From Gnetum montanum (Eukaryota; Plantae; Gnetophyta): 64,000 nucleotides of DNA. The notes beneath the pieces are model-generated. The model was given only the letters and a program-made list of their open reading frames with translations, searched no databases and was not told the origin of the DNA. The stretch's first letter is position 1, and every line of letters starts with the position of its first letter. The stretch is taken from contig MNCI01001321.1 of NCBI GenBank assembly GCA_015680685.1, forward strand, positions 160,062-224,061, in the 5' to 3' direction. A program made the translations under genes and the position numbers. Shown here one piece after another: positions 12,501-24,500 of the stretch.

Positions 12501-13300
12501 TGAGGAGCGAAGTGGCTGGGGTCCATCATGTGGTTGGGGCTAGACCTACTACTGAAGATGGAACAGATGCAGATGATAAGATAGGAATGAAGGCTCTAGG
12601 AAATTATGAGGTAGATGCGATGTGCACGTAGGGCAACGTAGGTGTAACCGGTGGTTGGTATGAGGATAGGACAGAATGGGGGGGGAGTGTCTGGGTATGA
12701 AACTAAGGGAGGTGCCTGCTAATATGCTGAGGGTGTGGGATGACTACCCATGGCTGATGAAAGCATAGATTGAGGAAGATTTTTGGTGACCACAAAGGAA
12801 GCCATCACAAAAAGGGGGTTTGACCTGAAGGTTATGGTAGGGGGGATGGTCACAAGGTAAGTTTGGCCACCCCCCTCAGATTAGGAGTCCAGATCTTCCT
12901 GCCCATCTTGGAATGCTTCATCATAATGGGATACCATGTCCCGCTCCCTAGGCCTAATAACTCATAGTAGCTGATCAAAGATCCACTTATATGTCTCCAT
13001 TAGCAGGATGGAAATGTCAAGGTTAGGGACAAACTCCCTCCCATTCAGATAAAGGAACTCGAAACTATGTTTTTGCTCAAGTTCTTGGTGATCCAGGGGA
13101 AAATCTTCCTAGATCTTTATGTAGATAAAGTTGTAATGCTCTACATCTTGTGCCAAGAACTCAGGTGATAAATGTCAAATCCTAAGGGACTGGCATGGCA
13201 CTAGCACCGAGCTAGGTGGCCACTTAGCATCCATAGTGCTTTGAGCCAAGAAAGGAGCCTCAAGGCTCGAGGTGGAAATAGCGGTCGTTGTCAGAATCAT
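9514..13300 (-). pseudogene. Tat-type gag-protease of copy A
   Basis: 'LPQFAKYNGEGDPNAHL...SLIGKALDWYHAL', the Zn-knuckle-like 'FCDYHQLCDHDTDYC', and protease 'RVHVDDGAA'. Ends at a stop at 9514 with no RT after it. Confidence 0.88.
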
Positions 13301-13522
13301 CTTGTGTGGTAAAAAAGGGGAGATTGAAAACTAGAAACACGAAAATTGATGGGAGATCAGAGGCTTTTCATCCTGTCAAATTCCAAAGGAACCGTTTTTG
13401 CAACCAATCTACACCACACGATGCGTAAACAACCACAAAATGGTGTCATGTTTACACTAGTGCATGATAGGGTACAAAGAGCGTGCAGGACTACCCATAG
13501 GACATGGAAAAGGAACCAAAGA

Positions 13523-13539
13523 TCCTTCTTTAAGTGCCA
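13523..13539 (-). promoter_or_regulatory. decayed PBS (tRNA-Asn type) of copy A
   Basis: Plus strand TCCTTCTTTAAGTGCCA aligns with the intact TCCTCCTTCTAGCGCCA of copy B. Confidence 0.6.
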
Positions 13540-13544
13540 AAAAC

Positions 13545-15500
13545 TTTAGCGACTAAAAATGTTGATGGCTAGAACACCGAGAGGTTGCCAGGTGAACAAT
13601 TTAACCCCAGATCCATGCGAGGGTTGTGTTGGGGAAGAAATGGAAATGGGGTGCCCTGAACAGTATGGTCAATCAAATAGGAATCTAATCAATGTATCTT
13701 AATCCTATCTAAATGTTTGTTTTGAAAGCGAGAAACGTGAGGTAAATAGATGATCAATAAATGTAGAAATGGAGAAAATGATGCAAAATAACTATAATAG
13801 TAAAGAAATAGCATAACAAACTTAGGTAAGAGAATGCACTGCCCCAAGGTCGCAGATTTGATTCTTTGCCCTATTTGAAAGGTGTACAATCGGTTATGCA
13901 ATGCTAGAGAGACACTACTTATACTGAGTAGTATAGTCACAGTTCTTTTGCTTGCTAATCTATTTGCTAAGATGTCAAAACGCTTGACTCACATAGGGAT
14001 GTTTAGAACTAACCAAAGAGCTCAAAGGTAACTAGAGTGCTCAAGGAAAATGCCAACTATGCCTTCTGAAAGTCAACTTAAAAGTCAACTACAGCAAAAA
14101 ATATAATTATATTTGCCGAGAAGCCAATCAAGAAGCCAACAAGCCAATGCGAAAAGCCAACAAGCCAACTACTCTTCCGATGTCTTAAAAAGCTAACCCT
14201 TTGAGCATTGTTCATCGAGGTATTTATAGGGCCAAGAGCAGGAGAGAAATGTGGTCTGGCTGCCATGTGTCCTAGATCCCACAAGGTGCTAACATGTCCA
14301 TACCATGTAGGTATGCGAAGTTGGATGTGAACTTGGTTACATTGTAACCATACTGCCAAAACTACATGTGCTGAGATCTAGTGTGCTAACAACGCAAGCA
14401 AAAATGGAGCTTATGCTCTGGGACTATGTCTTCCCTGCCCTTATGAGCAAGGTCAAGTGTAGGAACAATTGTTTTGGGAGCTAACCAGGGGTATGCAAAA
14501 TGAAGTGAAATTGTTGATTCTGCCAAGGAGATGCCAGAGTGAGGAAGATTTCTATCAACAATTTTTAGCACTACCTAGATATGTCTTGATGCTTCTGTGC
14601 CATTGTTGCACTATTCACGCTATTGAATTCATTAGTGTAGTGTAGTGGTTTCTTGCTACGCTGTGCTATGCTACGTAGTGTGGCATAGCGTAGCCACTGA
14701 TCTTGTCCAAAATTTTTGTTGGAGCTGAAAAGCATTTTTTTGAGGCTTAGTCATGCTAACAAGCACAACTCTTGTCCTTTATGCCAGGAAGCCTTTGAAC
14801 TTGCTGAACTCATATTTGAAACACCTGTGCTAGTTTTGCATTGTTGCTATGTTGTGCTACGCTATGTAGTGTAGCATAGTGTAGCAACCAACGTATCCTA
14901 CTTCTTCATTCAATCCACCATTTTCTAGCAAGAAACTTTGCTCGAGGCCTGGGGCTAAGTGGGGCAATCAGTTTTGGAGGCCGAATGTTGTCGAGTGTAA
15001 CTTTCTTGTTGGAATCACTTGGCAAGACGGGCCTTTCAACTTTGCCTTTACTATGCTGTGCTACGCTACATAACGTAGCATAGCATAGCACTTTGCATTG
15101 ACTGAATCTTGACTTGTCTTTGCAATCACTTTGTCAACTCGCACTTGGATGCTTGAGCAACTTTCTTTCAAGGCTTTCTACTCTACATAGCATAGCATGG
15201 CGTAGCAGACGTCTTCACTAGAAAACTTGTCGAACTGTTTTGCTCATCCCAAACACTTTTGGCAACTCCCAGCATAGTTTCTGGATAGACTATCAACCGG
15301 GCTAGATTTCCAATTGGACAGGCTGGAGAGTCCATTGCGCCTGTCAACTCTAGAAATAAAAAATTTTCTGGACTGGATAGTGTACCCTTAGTGCCTACAT
15401 TTTCTTGCTAAACTGTCATGACACTACACTTGTGGAATTTCTTGCCTAAATTCCAAGACCCTGCTAAAGCATGAGGGTCCTAAAATTTTATGGTGTTTCA
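13545..15500 (-). repeat. 5' LTR of copy A (~1.95 kb)
   Basis: Terminal ~90 bp (cacttgtgg..cttgcctaaa..aaaattt..ggtgtttca) and the PBS-proximal part match 55524-56820. Contains GCTAC/GTAGC hairpin arrays. Confidence 0.75.
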
Positions 15501-17412
15501 CTAAAGTTTGAGCATCTAAAAAATCACTACATTAACTAGATTGGGCTCTTCAAGGAAGTTAATGAGAAGGAAATTTAGTCAGCAAACGTAAAAATGAATA
15601 AGGCCCTCTAGCAAATCCAGCAAAGAGATGATGTATGATAGCCCATCTTTGATGGACTATATACATTCAATAAGGTTAAAATCAGCCTGAAGAAGTTATT
15701 GATTGAAAGGATGATGGAGTACATGGAGCTCACCAACCTCCATTATGCAAACTTGGTGATGCTGACCATAGAAAGGCCAAGGTCAAAAGTTAAAAAGTAG
15801 GTGGCCAATTCCTACCTCCTCTAAGAGGTAGAATTCAAGCTCCATAGTGAGACAAAATAGAAGTTGGAGATAGCTAATACAAAGCATTAAGTTGTTAGGA
15901 TCATATGTACTGACCAATGATTTGTTGCTGAGAACCTAACCAAGAGAATGAACGATTACTAAGAGCTATAAAACATTGTAAGGATGTTCGATATAGAAAG
16001 TAAAATCTTCATAGCTTAGTTTAACATGAAGAATTTATTTTCTTCAATGTCATGCCCACGAAATATCCCTACGCTAGCCCACATCAATGAAGTTTCATGG
16101 ACCATGTGTGACTCATGGAGAAAAGAGGAAAAGATCAAAGTACTTCTAGATGCTTTCAAGCTTTCACTAGAAGTAATGGAAGCAGTGGACTAACCTCAAC
16201 CACTAGCAACATTGAGACAAGATGATGAATCATCAAATCCATAGGAGACTCCACCTCTAGGTACTATTTGAAACTTCATCATGACTTCGACAATCCTATA
16301 AGTGCCTACCACAATTTTTTGTAAAAATGTTCAATTTTATTGTAATTGTTGCCAATTTTTGTAATAATGTATAATCTAGCACTTAGAGTTATTAAAAGTA
16401 TATTTTTTTGTCTTCCTATTAATAAATTCCATACCTTCCAATTGTGTAAGACACTCAATCCTGATTTTGTTCACTTAAGGATGAGTTTTTAATTAGTTGT
16501 GGGGAAATGATGAAACATCAATCTGATAGGCTGTATTGAGACATTCTTGTTGATGGAGCCCTATCAATGTATCCCCATCAATGCATGCTAGGATGCATTG
16601 ATGAAAATATGTTGACACTAATGCAATCACTACCTATATAAATGCATGCATCCCTAGCATTTATGACATTTTTCAGTCATAGCCTTAGCTATACTCTTAT
16701 AGTTTTTTTCTTTAGAGTTAAAATATTTTTCCTTTGAGTACTTGGAGTGTGGATCTAAGAGATTGCATGAATTTTTATTCGAGTATCTATGTATCTAAAT
16801 GCATTGGCATGATGGAAATAAAATCAAGATTTCCTACATCCATTGCAGCACTTAGACTACCTTAACTTTACTTTTCTGCACTTTACTTTACATGCACTTT
16901 TTATTACTATCCTTAATTAAGTAAATTGTGTTATTAATCATAAACACGTGAGTAAGACAAATTCAAACATAACATGTTAATTCTTGGTAATACTAGTATT
17001 AGATATTTTGTATGCCAAGTAATATCCACATGGTAACCTAGTAGTGTTAACACTAGTTTAGGTTGTGTACAATAAGTGGGAATGGTTACTTCACATTAGG
17101 ATAGTTAGTTGCTAGACTAGTTGATTAGTTAAATATTTTATTATTCAACCCTTATTCACTCATCTAGTCATTAGAAGAAAATATATATATATATCATTAT
17201 AAAATATATACATCATATGTTTTAATCACACTTAACCATACATAGAGTCAATACACCAGTGTGATTTAAGAAGAAAATGATCTTACAATTGTATGATTTA
17301 TTATTTAAAATCATTGTCCACTTAGGTAAATAAGTCTATGGAATTCAATTATATTGCTAGTGAATGCTTGTGATTCATATGATTAGGCATAGGGGATACC
17401 TACCACTCATCA
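15501..17412 (+). mobile_element. 3' end of another Athila-like element (Athila-3): internal remnant, PPT and 3' LTR
   Basis: The PPT context TGTTCACTTAAGGATGAG...TTGTGGGGAAA matches 29480-29520. LTR 16508-17412 runs TGATGAA...CTCATCA. Confidence 0.75.
16508..17412 (+). repeat. 3' LTR of Athila-3
   Basis: TGATGA/TCATCA termini, CTATATAAAT TATA box, and a 3' end GATTCATATG..AGGGG.TACC..CTCATCA shared with 21145-21182. Confidence 0.75.
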
Positions 17413-17721
17413 AAGATGAATTGACCTTGGTTGTATACAAAGCTGGCATGCAAGAATCATTTCAAGTGATCTTTGTAGAACCAAAAAAAAACTATTCTAA
17501 AGATGATAATTTTAAAAAATTTCTTGTTCCAGAAGCTAATGTGGTAGAGAGAGAATCCATTAAAAGGATAAGCTCTTATAGAATAAAAAATGGTTCCAAC
17601 ATCCAATTCTATGAGCTAATGTGGTAAGAATAAATCATGTGAATAGAAGCTTTCCTACAAAAGATAAGACAAAAGCTTGAACATGCGTAATCAAGTCCAA
17701 ACAAGATTAAAATACTTAATA
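17413..17721 (-). repeat. Copia 3' LTR (first ~310 bp; remainder displaced by the Athila-3 insertion)
   Basis: Aligns with 41300-41557 (aagctaatgtgg..agagagaa.ccattaaaag, tgtggtaagaa). Preceded on minus by the PPT at 17722-17735. Confidence 0.7.
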
Positions 17722-18929
17722 ATCTTTCCCTTTTGAGATTGGGAGAGCTTACATCATCAGTTAAAACAATGAAGAATAGAGAAAGTTCACACATAGCCAA
17801 GTACACAAGAATAGCTTAAAATTATAGCACAAGAAGCTACATGCTCAAAATCATCACATAAATCAACTCAGCACATACAAATAGTTTATAATCTAAGAAC
17901 TTATTAAGCTTATATTATCAAGATCTTAATAACTAAACATTCAATCAAGTAACCCTATCAAGCATAAGAATCATATAGCTAGTTAAAAATATTGCAAGAT
18001 TATAATGACATGCAAGTCAAAGTAAAGATGAGAAAATCAACATCATAACATAGCTCATAACAATCAAGATCACAAGTTTGTCAAATAATTAGAAAAATAA
18101 TTAAACACCTCATCTAGATAATTATACATTTACATCTCATATTTATTCAATTAGTTAGAAATACACTACATCTCAAAATATCCAAATCAAATAAAAAGTA
18201 CTTAGTCAAGCATAAGAAAAGTTTAGAATGTTGCAAGCTTATACAAAGCATTTTCAAGGTATAGATAGAAAAGGCATTCAATACATAGTACATCACTATT
18301 ATAAATAAAGAGAAAAACTTTTTCTAATAAAATTATCACATCATGCCCTCTTTTTGTTAGAACAAGAATTAATCTCCATCCTATTATGGAATAGATCAAG
18401 CTCAAAACACAAATAATAATGGTATCTTAAACATATCAAGAGCTAGATAGGAGTCTTCCAAATGAAACTTAGAGATAAACATAGGAGCATAATAGAAAAA
18501 CACATATATTTTCATGTGAATGAATTATCAAGCTCAACATAGAAATAATACAAAGAAAAACTTATGGCATCAAATAGATTCAAGTAGAAAAACATAAGAG
18601 GCATAGAATCATACTACAATAACGAAAGCATCAAAACCATGGATATTCACCAATGCTTCTTGATGAATCAAGTGGATTTCCATAGATTGAAGAAACAACT
18701 AAGATATGTAGAGAAAAAGAGGGATTAAACACTAGCAAACATCCAAGCTAAAACAGAGTGGAAAAGAAGTAAAAAGAGTGAAAGATCCATGATAATTTTA
18801 GTAAGGAGGTGGAAAGAATCATGGTGAGAAAACATTATAAATGCCTAGAGAGAGAGAAAGTCCTTAGCATCTTGAACACTTAAAAAAGGAAGATAATATT
18901 CAAAGTAAGATATTAAGACTATATACTAT

Positions 18930-20290
18930 ACCCATCATCTCTTAAAGTTGCTACATTCTCCATGTTATTTACAGAATGATATATTGAAAATATTTAATGC
19001 TTTCCTCATCTAGATGAATTTATGTGCAATCATATGAGGTTTTAATATATTTTACTTTAGCTAAAGATAGGACTATATAGTTCTGATACTTGCTTAATCA
19101 TGATACTAATCTATTACCAAAAAATAACAATTTACACAGGTGGATTTTTGATCATCTTTATTTCCTACTCAATATGCATTTGTAAAAGCTTGTAATTTGA
19201 AAGTTATACTCTTTGGATATCATAACTTGTGGCTAGCTATGAATTTTAGACACCAGAAACGTTTTTGGGTGGATACTAAGTGTGATTCCTTTGGTTTTAA
19301 TTGAAATCTTGAAATCAAGTCTATCGCAAAAGCTATATCAGGCATGTTACCTATAGCATAATGCAAGCTTTCCATGATGAATCTATATAATGTAGCAACA
19401 ATGTTGTTCCCATCTTCATCCTTGCAAAAATATACACTTGTGATAAGATAAGTTATGTAATTTTGAGCATCTATTCTTCATTATTTTCTAGAAAATGAAG
19501 GTTCTATCCCTGAACTATTGAATGTGTAGGCCTAAAAGTTAGATAGCTCTCCTATCATAGACATCTTAAACTTTGATTTCATAGCTTCAACAAATTATTT
19601 ATCTAAAATTAAGCTTGTTCCTCCAAATATTATGTCATCAACATAGATCTAAGTAACTAAATTTTGTATTATCCTTTTAATATAAAGACTACTATCTAAT
19701 GGGTGTTTTGTATATCTATTTTCTACAAGATAGGAATCAAGATTTATGTACCACATTATGGGGGCCTATTTTAGGTTGTATAGAGCCTTATGTAACATGT
19801 GTGCATGATTTGGCTTATCTACATCAAAATTTCCTTTTGGATATTTAATATAGACTTTCTCCTTTATTTCTTCATTTAAAAAATCTAATTTAACATCATT
19901 TTGGTAGACCTTGAACCCCTAATATGCTATGAATGCTAAAAGCATTCTAATGGATTCTACTCTTACAACAAGAGCAAAAGTGTCCTAATAGTTTAGTTTC
20001 TCAATTTGAGCAAATCCTTTAGCTACTAATCTTACCTTGTTTTGAATCACTTCATCATGCTTATTTAACTTATTTACAAAGACCCACTTAATTCTAATAA
20101 CATTAGCTCTTCTTGATCATAAAACAAGATCCCAAGTTTCATTCTTTATAATCTACTTCATCTCTTCATCCTTGACCTTTTTCTAGTCTTCATTCCCAAG
20201 AGCTTCTTTAACCATTAGAGGAATGGAAAGATCAAGAAATCATTCTAAAATGTCATGGCCTATTGTTTTAGCTCCACTTCTTTTTGTCAT
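18930..20290 (-). pseudogene. Copia RT-RNase H remnant
   Basis: Minus-strand 'GFKVYQNDVK' (~19900) and 'IYVDDIIFG' (~19625-19650) motifs; many stops. Confidence 0.85.
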
Positions 20291-20311
20291 TTATCTAAGG
20301 GGCGTCCCAAG

Positions 20312-21182
20312 TGATGAACCATATTTTGCCTAGCTCTGATATTATAGCCTTGATATCAGATACATGATTTTGGATTCCAAGATGCGATGTTGGATATCTA
20401 ATATCACAAGGTGTGTCCTGGCATATAAATATAGCACTTGGAAACATGATTTGGACATCAGTTTCTATCATAGCATAGCATACCTCTTGCATTTTCTTTT
20501 TCTGAGAATTAGAATGTTTTCCAAAATGCCCACAGGAGGAGTCATTGAGTGTATGGATCTTTACTCAAGCACTATTGTACCTGAGCATGGTAGTATGTGT
20601 GGCAATAAAGATGAGCCTTTTGATCAAACCTTGCTACACCTTGGCTAGCTTAAATATTTTATTCATGTATTTAATGTTTTGTGCAACTTCATTTAATATT
20701 GCCATGTAATTAAGCTAAAGTAAGCTAGCTAGATTAAATGGTAGTTAATTAAGCACATAAGTACGACAACTTCAACCATGCATATGATGCTTGGTAATCC
20801 TAGCAATGCTTAATGTTTGGTAACCTAATAGCATTATATGTGTTCAAGATGTGCATGAAAAGTGGAACTGTATACTTGTGTTAAGATAGTTAGTTATTAA
20901 TTAGCAATTAGATTAGTTTAATTAGTTTATAAATTGAGTTTCAACTTGTTGTTAATCATAGATGAATAAATTATAAAATAATAAAAATCATGTTCCTCAA
21001 TTACACATAACCATATAATTAAGCTCCATAGGTATATTTTAAAAGACAACAACTATCACAGTTAGCTTTCACTACCTAGAACTTATGTACTTAGGAACTT
21101 AAGGTCTATGAAATTTAACCAGATCGTGCATGAACACTTATGATTCATATGGTTGGATGTAGGGGTACCTCACTGCTCATCA
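20312..21182 (+). repeat. 5' LTR of Athila-2
   Basis: TGATGAA...CTCATCA; direct repeat of 29521-30041. Confidence 0.9.
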
Positions 21183-21599
21183 TTAGCACCATTTCTAGGG
21201 ACTTGTAGTTGTTATGTGTGCTATCTAGAACTTAGTGAAAAATTATTCGAGATCATTGCAATGAATCCTAAATCCATATGATACATTAAAATAATTACAA
21301 AAATTTAAAGAAGCACACTACATTTCCTATTTTCTAATACAAGATGTCTTCTTCTCAAAGGAGTAATTCTCTGTTCAAGTCTTACAGAGTAAATTAGTAG
21401 GTGCCCCAATAATACAAAGTTGTGCATGCTCATCTTGATGAGTACATATTCAATTTCACCTTCATCCTACACTAAGATGAATTGTTGTAGTGGTGCAACA
21501 TGGAGGGAAACATCATGTTGTTGACCAATCGATCTATTCCTACAATGCTCCAACAAACTCTTATGTGATTGGGCCTCTAGGGACTTTATGTTGAGTATG

Positions 21600-24500
21600 T
21601 TATGCAGGATAGTGATGCCAAGGATTATCATCCCATTGATTCATAATGTCTATGGAATTAATAGCTAGAGCAATGCTATGAATCTATGAAAGGGAAGTGG
21701 TTCAATGATTCTCCATACCTGACATACCAAAAAGATGGTGGAGAATCCTTCTTTTAGGATTTTTCATTCAAAGAAACTTCTCTCTTTGACTTTAATGAAA
21801 GAGGTCAAACCCAAAACTTGTAGTCCATGATCCAAAATCCTAATTCTAGCAAGAAAGGATCCAATGATAAAGGGGGATCCAAGGAGGAGATTCATTGAAG
21901 AGATGAGGAGAAGAAACATGATCGTGATCATGGTCGCGATCACTAAAGAGGGTGTGGTAGGCATCATGATGATGCTAGTCCTCCTTCCTCTTCACCTTCA
22001 TCATCATCTTCTTTCTCTTTTGGGTTTAAATGTAACTACTAAGGGTGCAATCATGATGGAGGTGACCAACAAGACCAAGATGATCGTAGGGACCACCAGG
22101 CAAGTCTAGATCCAAGTTTCTAGTGTTCAAGAGAAGACCATCACCATGAACAAAGGGGTAGTAGAGGGCATCATAGGCAATAGAATCATGGCCTCGATGA
22201 GCCTTTGCTCACTACCCGAAGCATGCTAAACATTGTAGAGATAGTAAGAATTTATACAAGGCATGTAAAGGATAGTTAGATCAAGAGGCTAGACATCAAC
22301 AATATCCCTAGGTTTGAAGGGGGATATAACTCAAATATGAAAAATCATCTTTAGGCAATGTAGAAAATGACTAGTAAAAGCTTAAGTTGTTTTTGATGAA
22401 ACTCATAAAAGAAGCAGAAAGCTAGTACTGGTCCTTAGAATCGAAATCCATCAAATAGTGAAATACAATGCTAAAATTTTTCAATGACAAATATCAAACA
22501 TACTCTTGAGTATCCAACTTGAGGAGGTAGATCCAAGGATGGAAACAAGGGACACATGAATCCTTGGATGCCACCATGGGCCAATATTATTCTGTATTGC
22601 ACAAATATACTAGCCATGGTTATTCTCAATAGAAGCAAATTCACTATATCATAGATGGACTTTGACCAGAAATGAGAAGAACTCTTAGAGTCTACGCCCA
22701 AGGGTGATTGTCAGAAATTAGAGCCCATCAAATCCAAAGGCTAATTGAGTAGATAGCAAAAGAAGAAAGAGAGTTGAGGAAATTCAAAAGTGCAAAAGAA
22801 TACAACTGTGATCCTTCCATTTTCTTGAGGGAGGTTCAATTTTGTAACAATGAGGAAGAATCATTACTTGATGAGATGATAAACTAAAAGACCTTGCCAA
22901 TTCAAAAATTTAGCTCTAAAATTTTGGCTAAGGTAAATCAGTTATGGGACTTTATGAATAGCATATTTCAAGCTATCATGAAAATTGCTAAAGAGTGTAA
23001 AGAACAAGGTATTGATCATCATTGCAGGGGAGAAAGGAAGCTAAACGTGCCAATTAAAGGGGTAAGGGCAAGATTGCAATAGTAGGGAAAGTTTCAGAAA
23101 CTAAATCAAATGATGATAATGGGTGTGACATCTACCAATATGAATATCCTAAGGGATATTGTCCCATCATGTCACACTTACAAGAGTCTGAGGCATATGC
23201 TCTGAATCCACAACTAGAAAAAAAGTAAACACCTAGAAGATTGTCTTATCCTCAAGGAAATCCCAGGAAGTTCCATCAACAGCAAAAATATTAAACAAGT
23301 GGAACTCCACTACAATCATACAAGCAGCATCAACACTAGCAGCAACCATAGTCATGGGCACTACCACCACCAAGGTAGCAATACCCTTATAGACAACCCG
23401 ATCTATATGGGTATTATTTCAGTAACCCCTATCTCCACATGTCTTTTCCAATCATGTTTCTACTTTCCAACATTACTACTACCCTTTCAAATATTATTGA
23501 ACTCATTTTCCACATTCAAGGAGGGATACCACTTTTATCCTTATCCTCCTCCTATTCATGCACCTATTCCTCCATCCTCAACATAGCTACTACATGCTCC
23601 ATCTATGTAGGGTAAACTCCTAGCCCAACCAGAGTGATGCAACACTACCAAGGTCATTAGTCTACAATTGGTTCATCAACCCAGTGGTTTGAACACTAGA
23701 TCATAGAAAAGACCTTTTTTTTACCCAACAATTCACCTAAGTCCTCACATACACATGTAGTTGGTAGCTCTACTTCTCCATCTCTTTCTACATCTAATTT
23801 CTTCGAGTCCCCTTCAAACCAAATACTACCTAGAATCCATATTATTATGCTCACTAATTCTATATCTAATTAGATTTGTGTCAACAACCTTCCTAGGAAA
23901 TTAGTTGATCCTTGGATTCCTCTTATTTATTTATAGATTTTTGGGAATGAACCATGTAAAGCTCTTCTTGATTCAAGTTTTGATGTGAACTTGATTTCTC
24001 ATGAGATGTATACTACCTAAAACCTTCCACCCCTTAAGAACAATAATATCCGATTGGAATTGATAAACCAGTCCATTATTATTTCATTGGGACTAGTAGA
24101 GGACATTGTGAGCACTATCTATGGGTGGTCTTATCCTACTAATTTCCTTGTAATCAAGGGTGAGAACTACAAAGGGGACTTCCCATTCATCATGGGAAGG
24201 GCATAGCTAAGCATTGTTCATGCAACAATGGGCATCAGAGATCTTTCCCTAGGGATATCTAAGGAAAATGCATTTAGAAAGATCAAGAAGAAATGAGTTT
24301 TATGCATTGCATATAATAATACAAAATGCAATTACGTGCAAATACTCTGGCCCATGAGATGAGCATCTATTTTTGCATGCTAGAAATGTGCACTTGAAGC
24401 AAATATTCAAAGGTGTTTGTACATAGCAACCACAAAACAAGAGGGCACCTAGTAGCTAACCACTAATCCTAAAAGCAACACAAGGTGCATGGAACCTGTT

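Larger units (their letters stand above)
4282..15500 (-). mobile_element. Non-autonomous Tat/Ogre-like Gypsy element, copy A (LTR-PBS-gag-pro, no pol, antisense spliced gene)
   Basis: LTR starts TGAAACACC at 15500, followed by a decayed tRNA-Asn PBS and Tat-type gag-pro. Collinear with 45750-56820. The 3' part is interrupted at 4282 by Athila-1. Confidence 0.85.
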
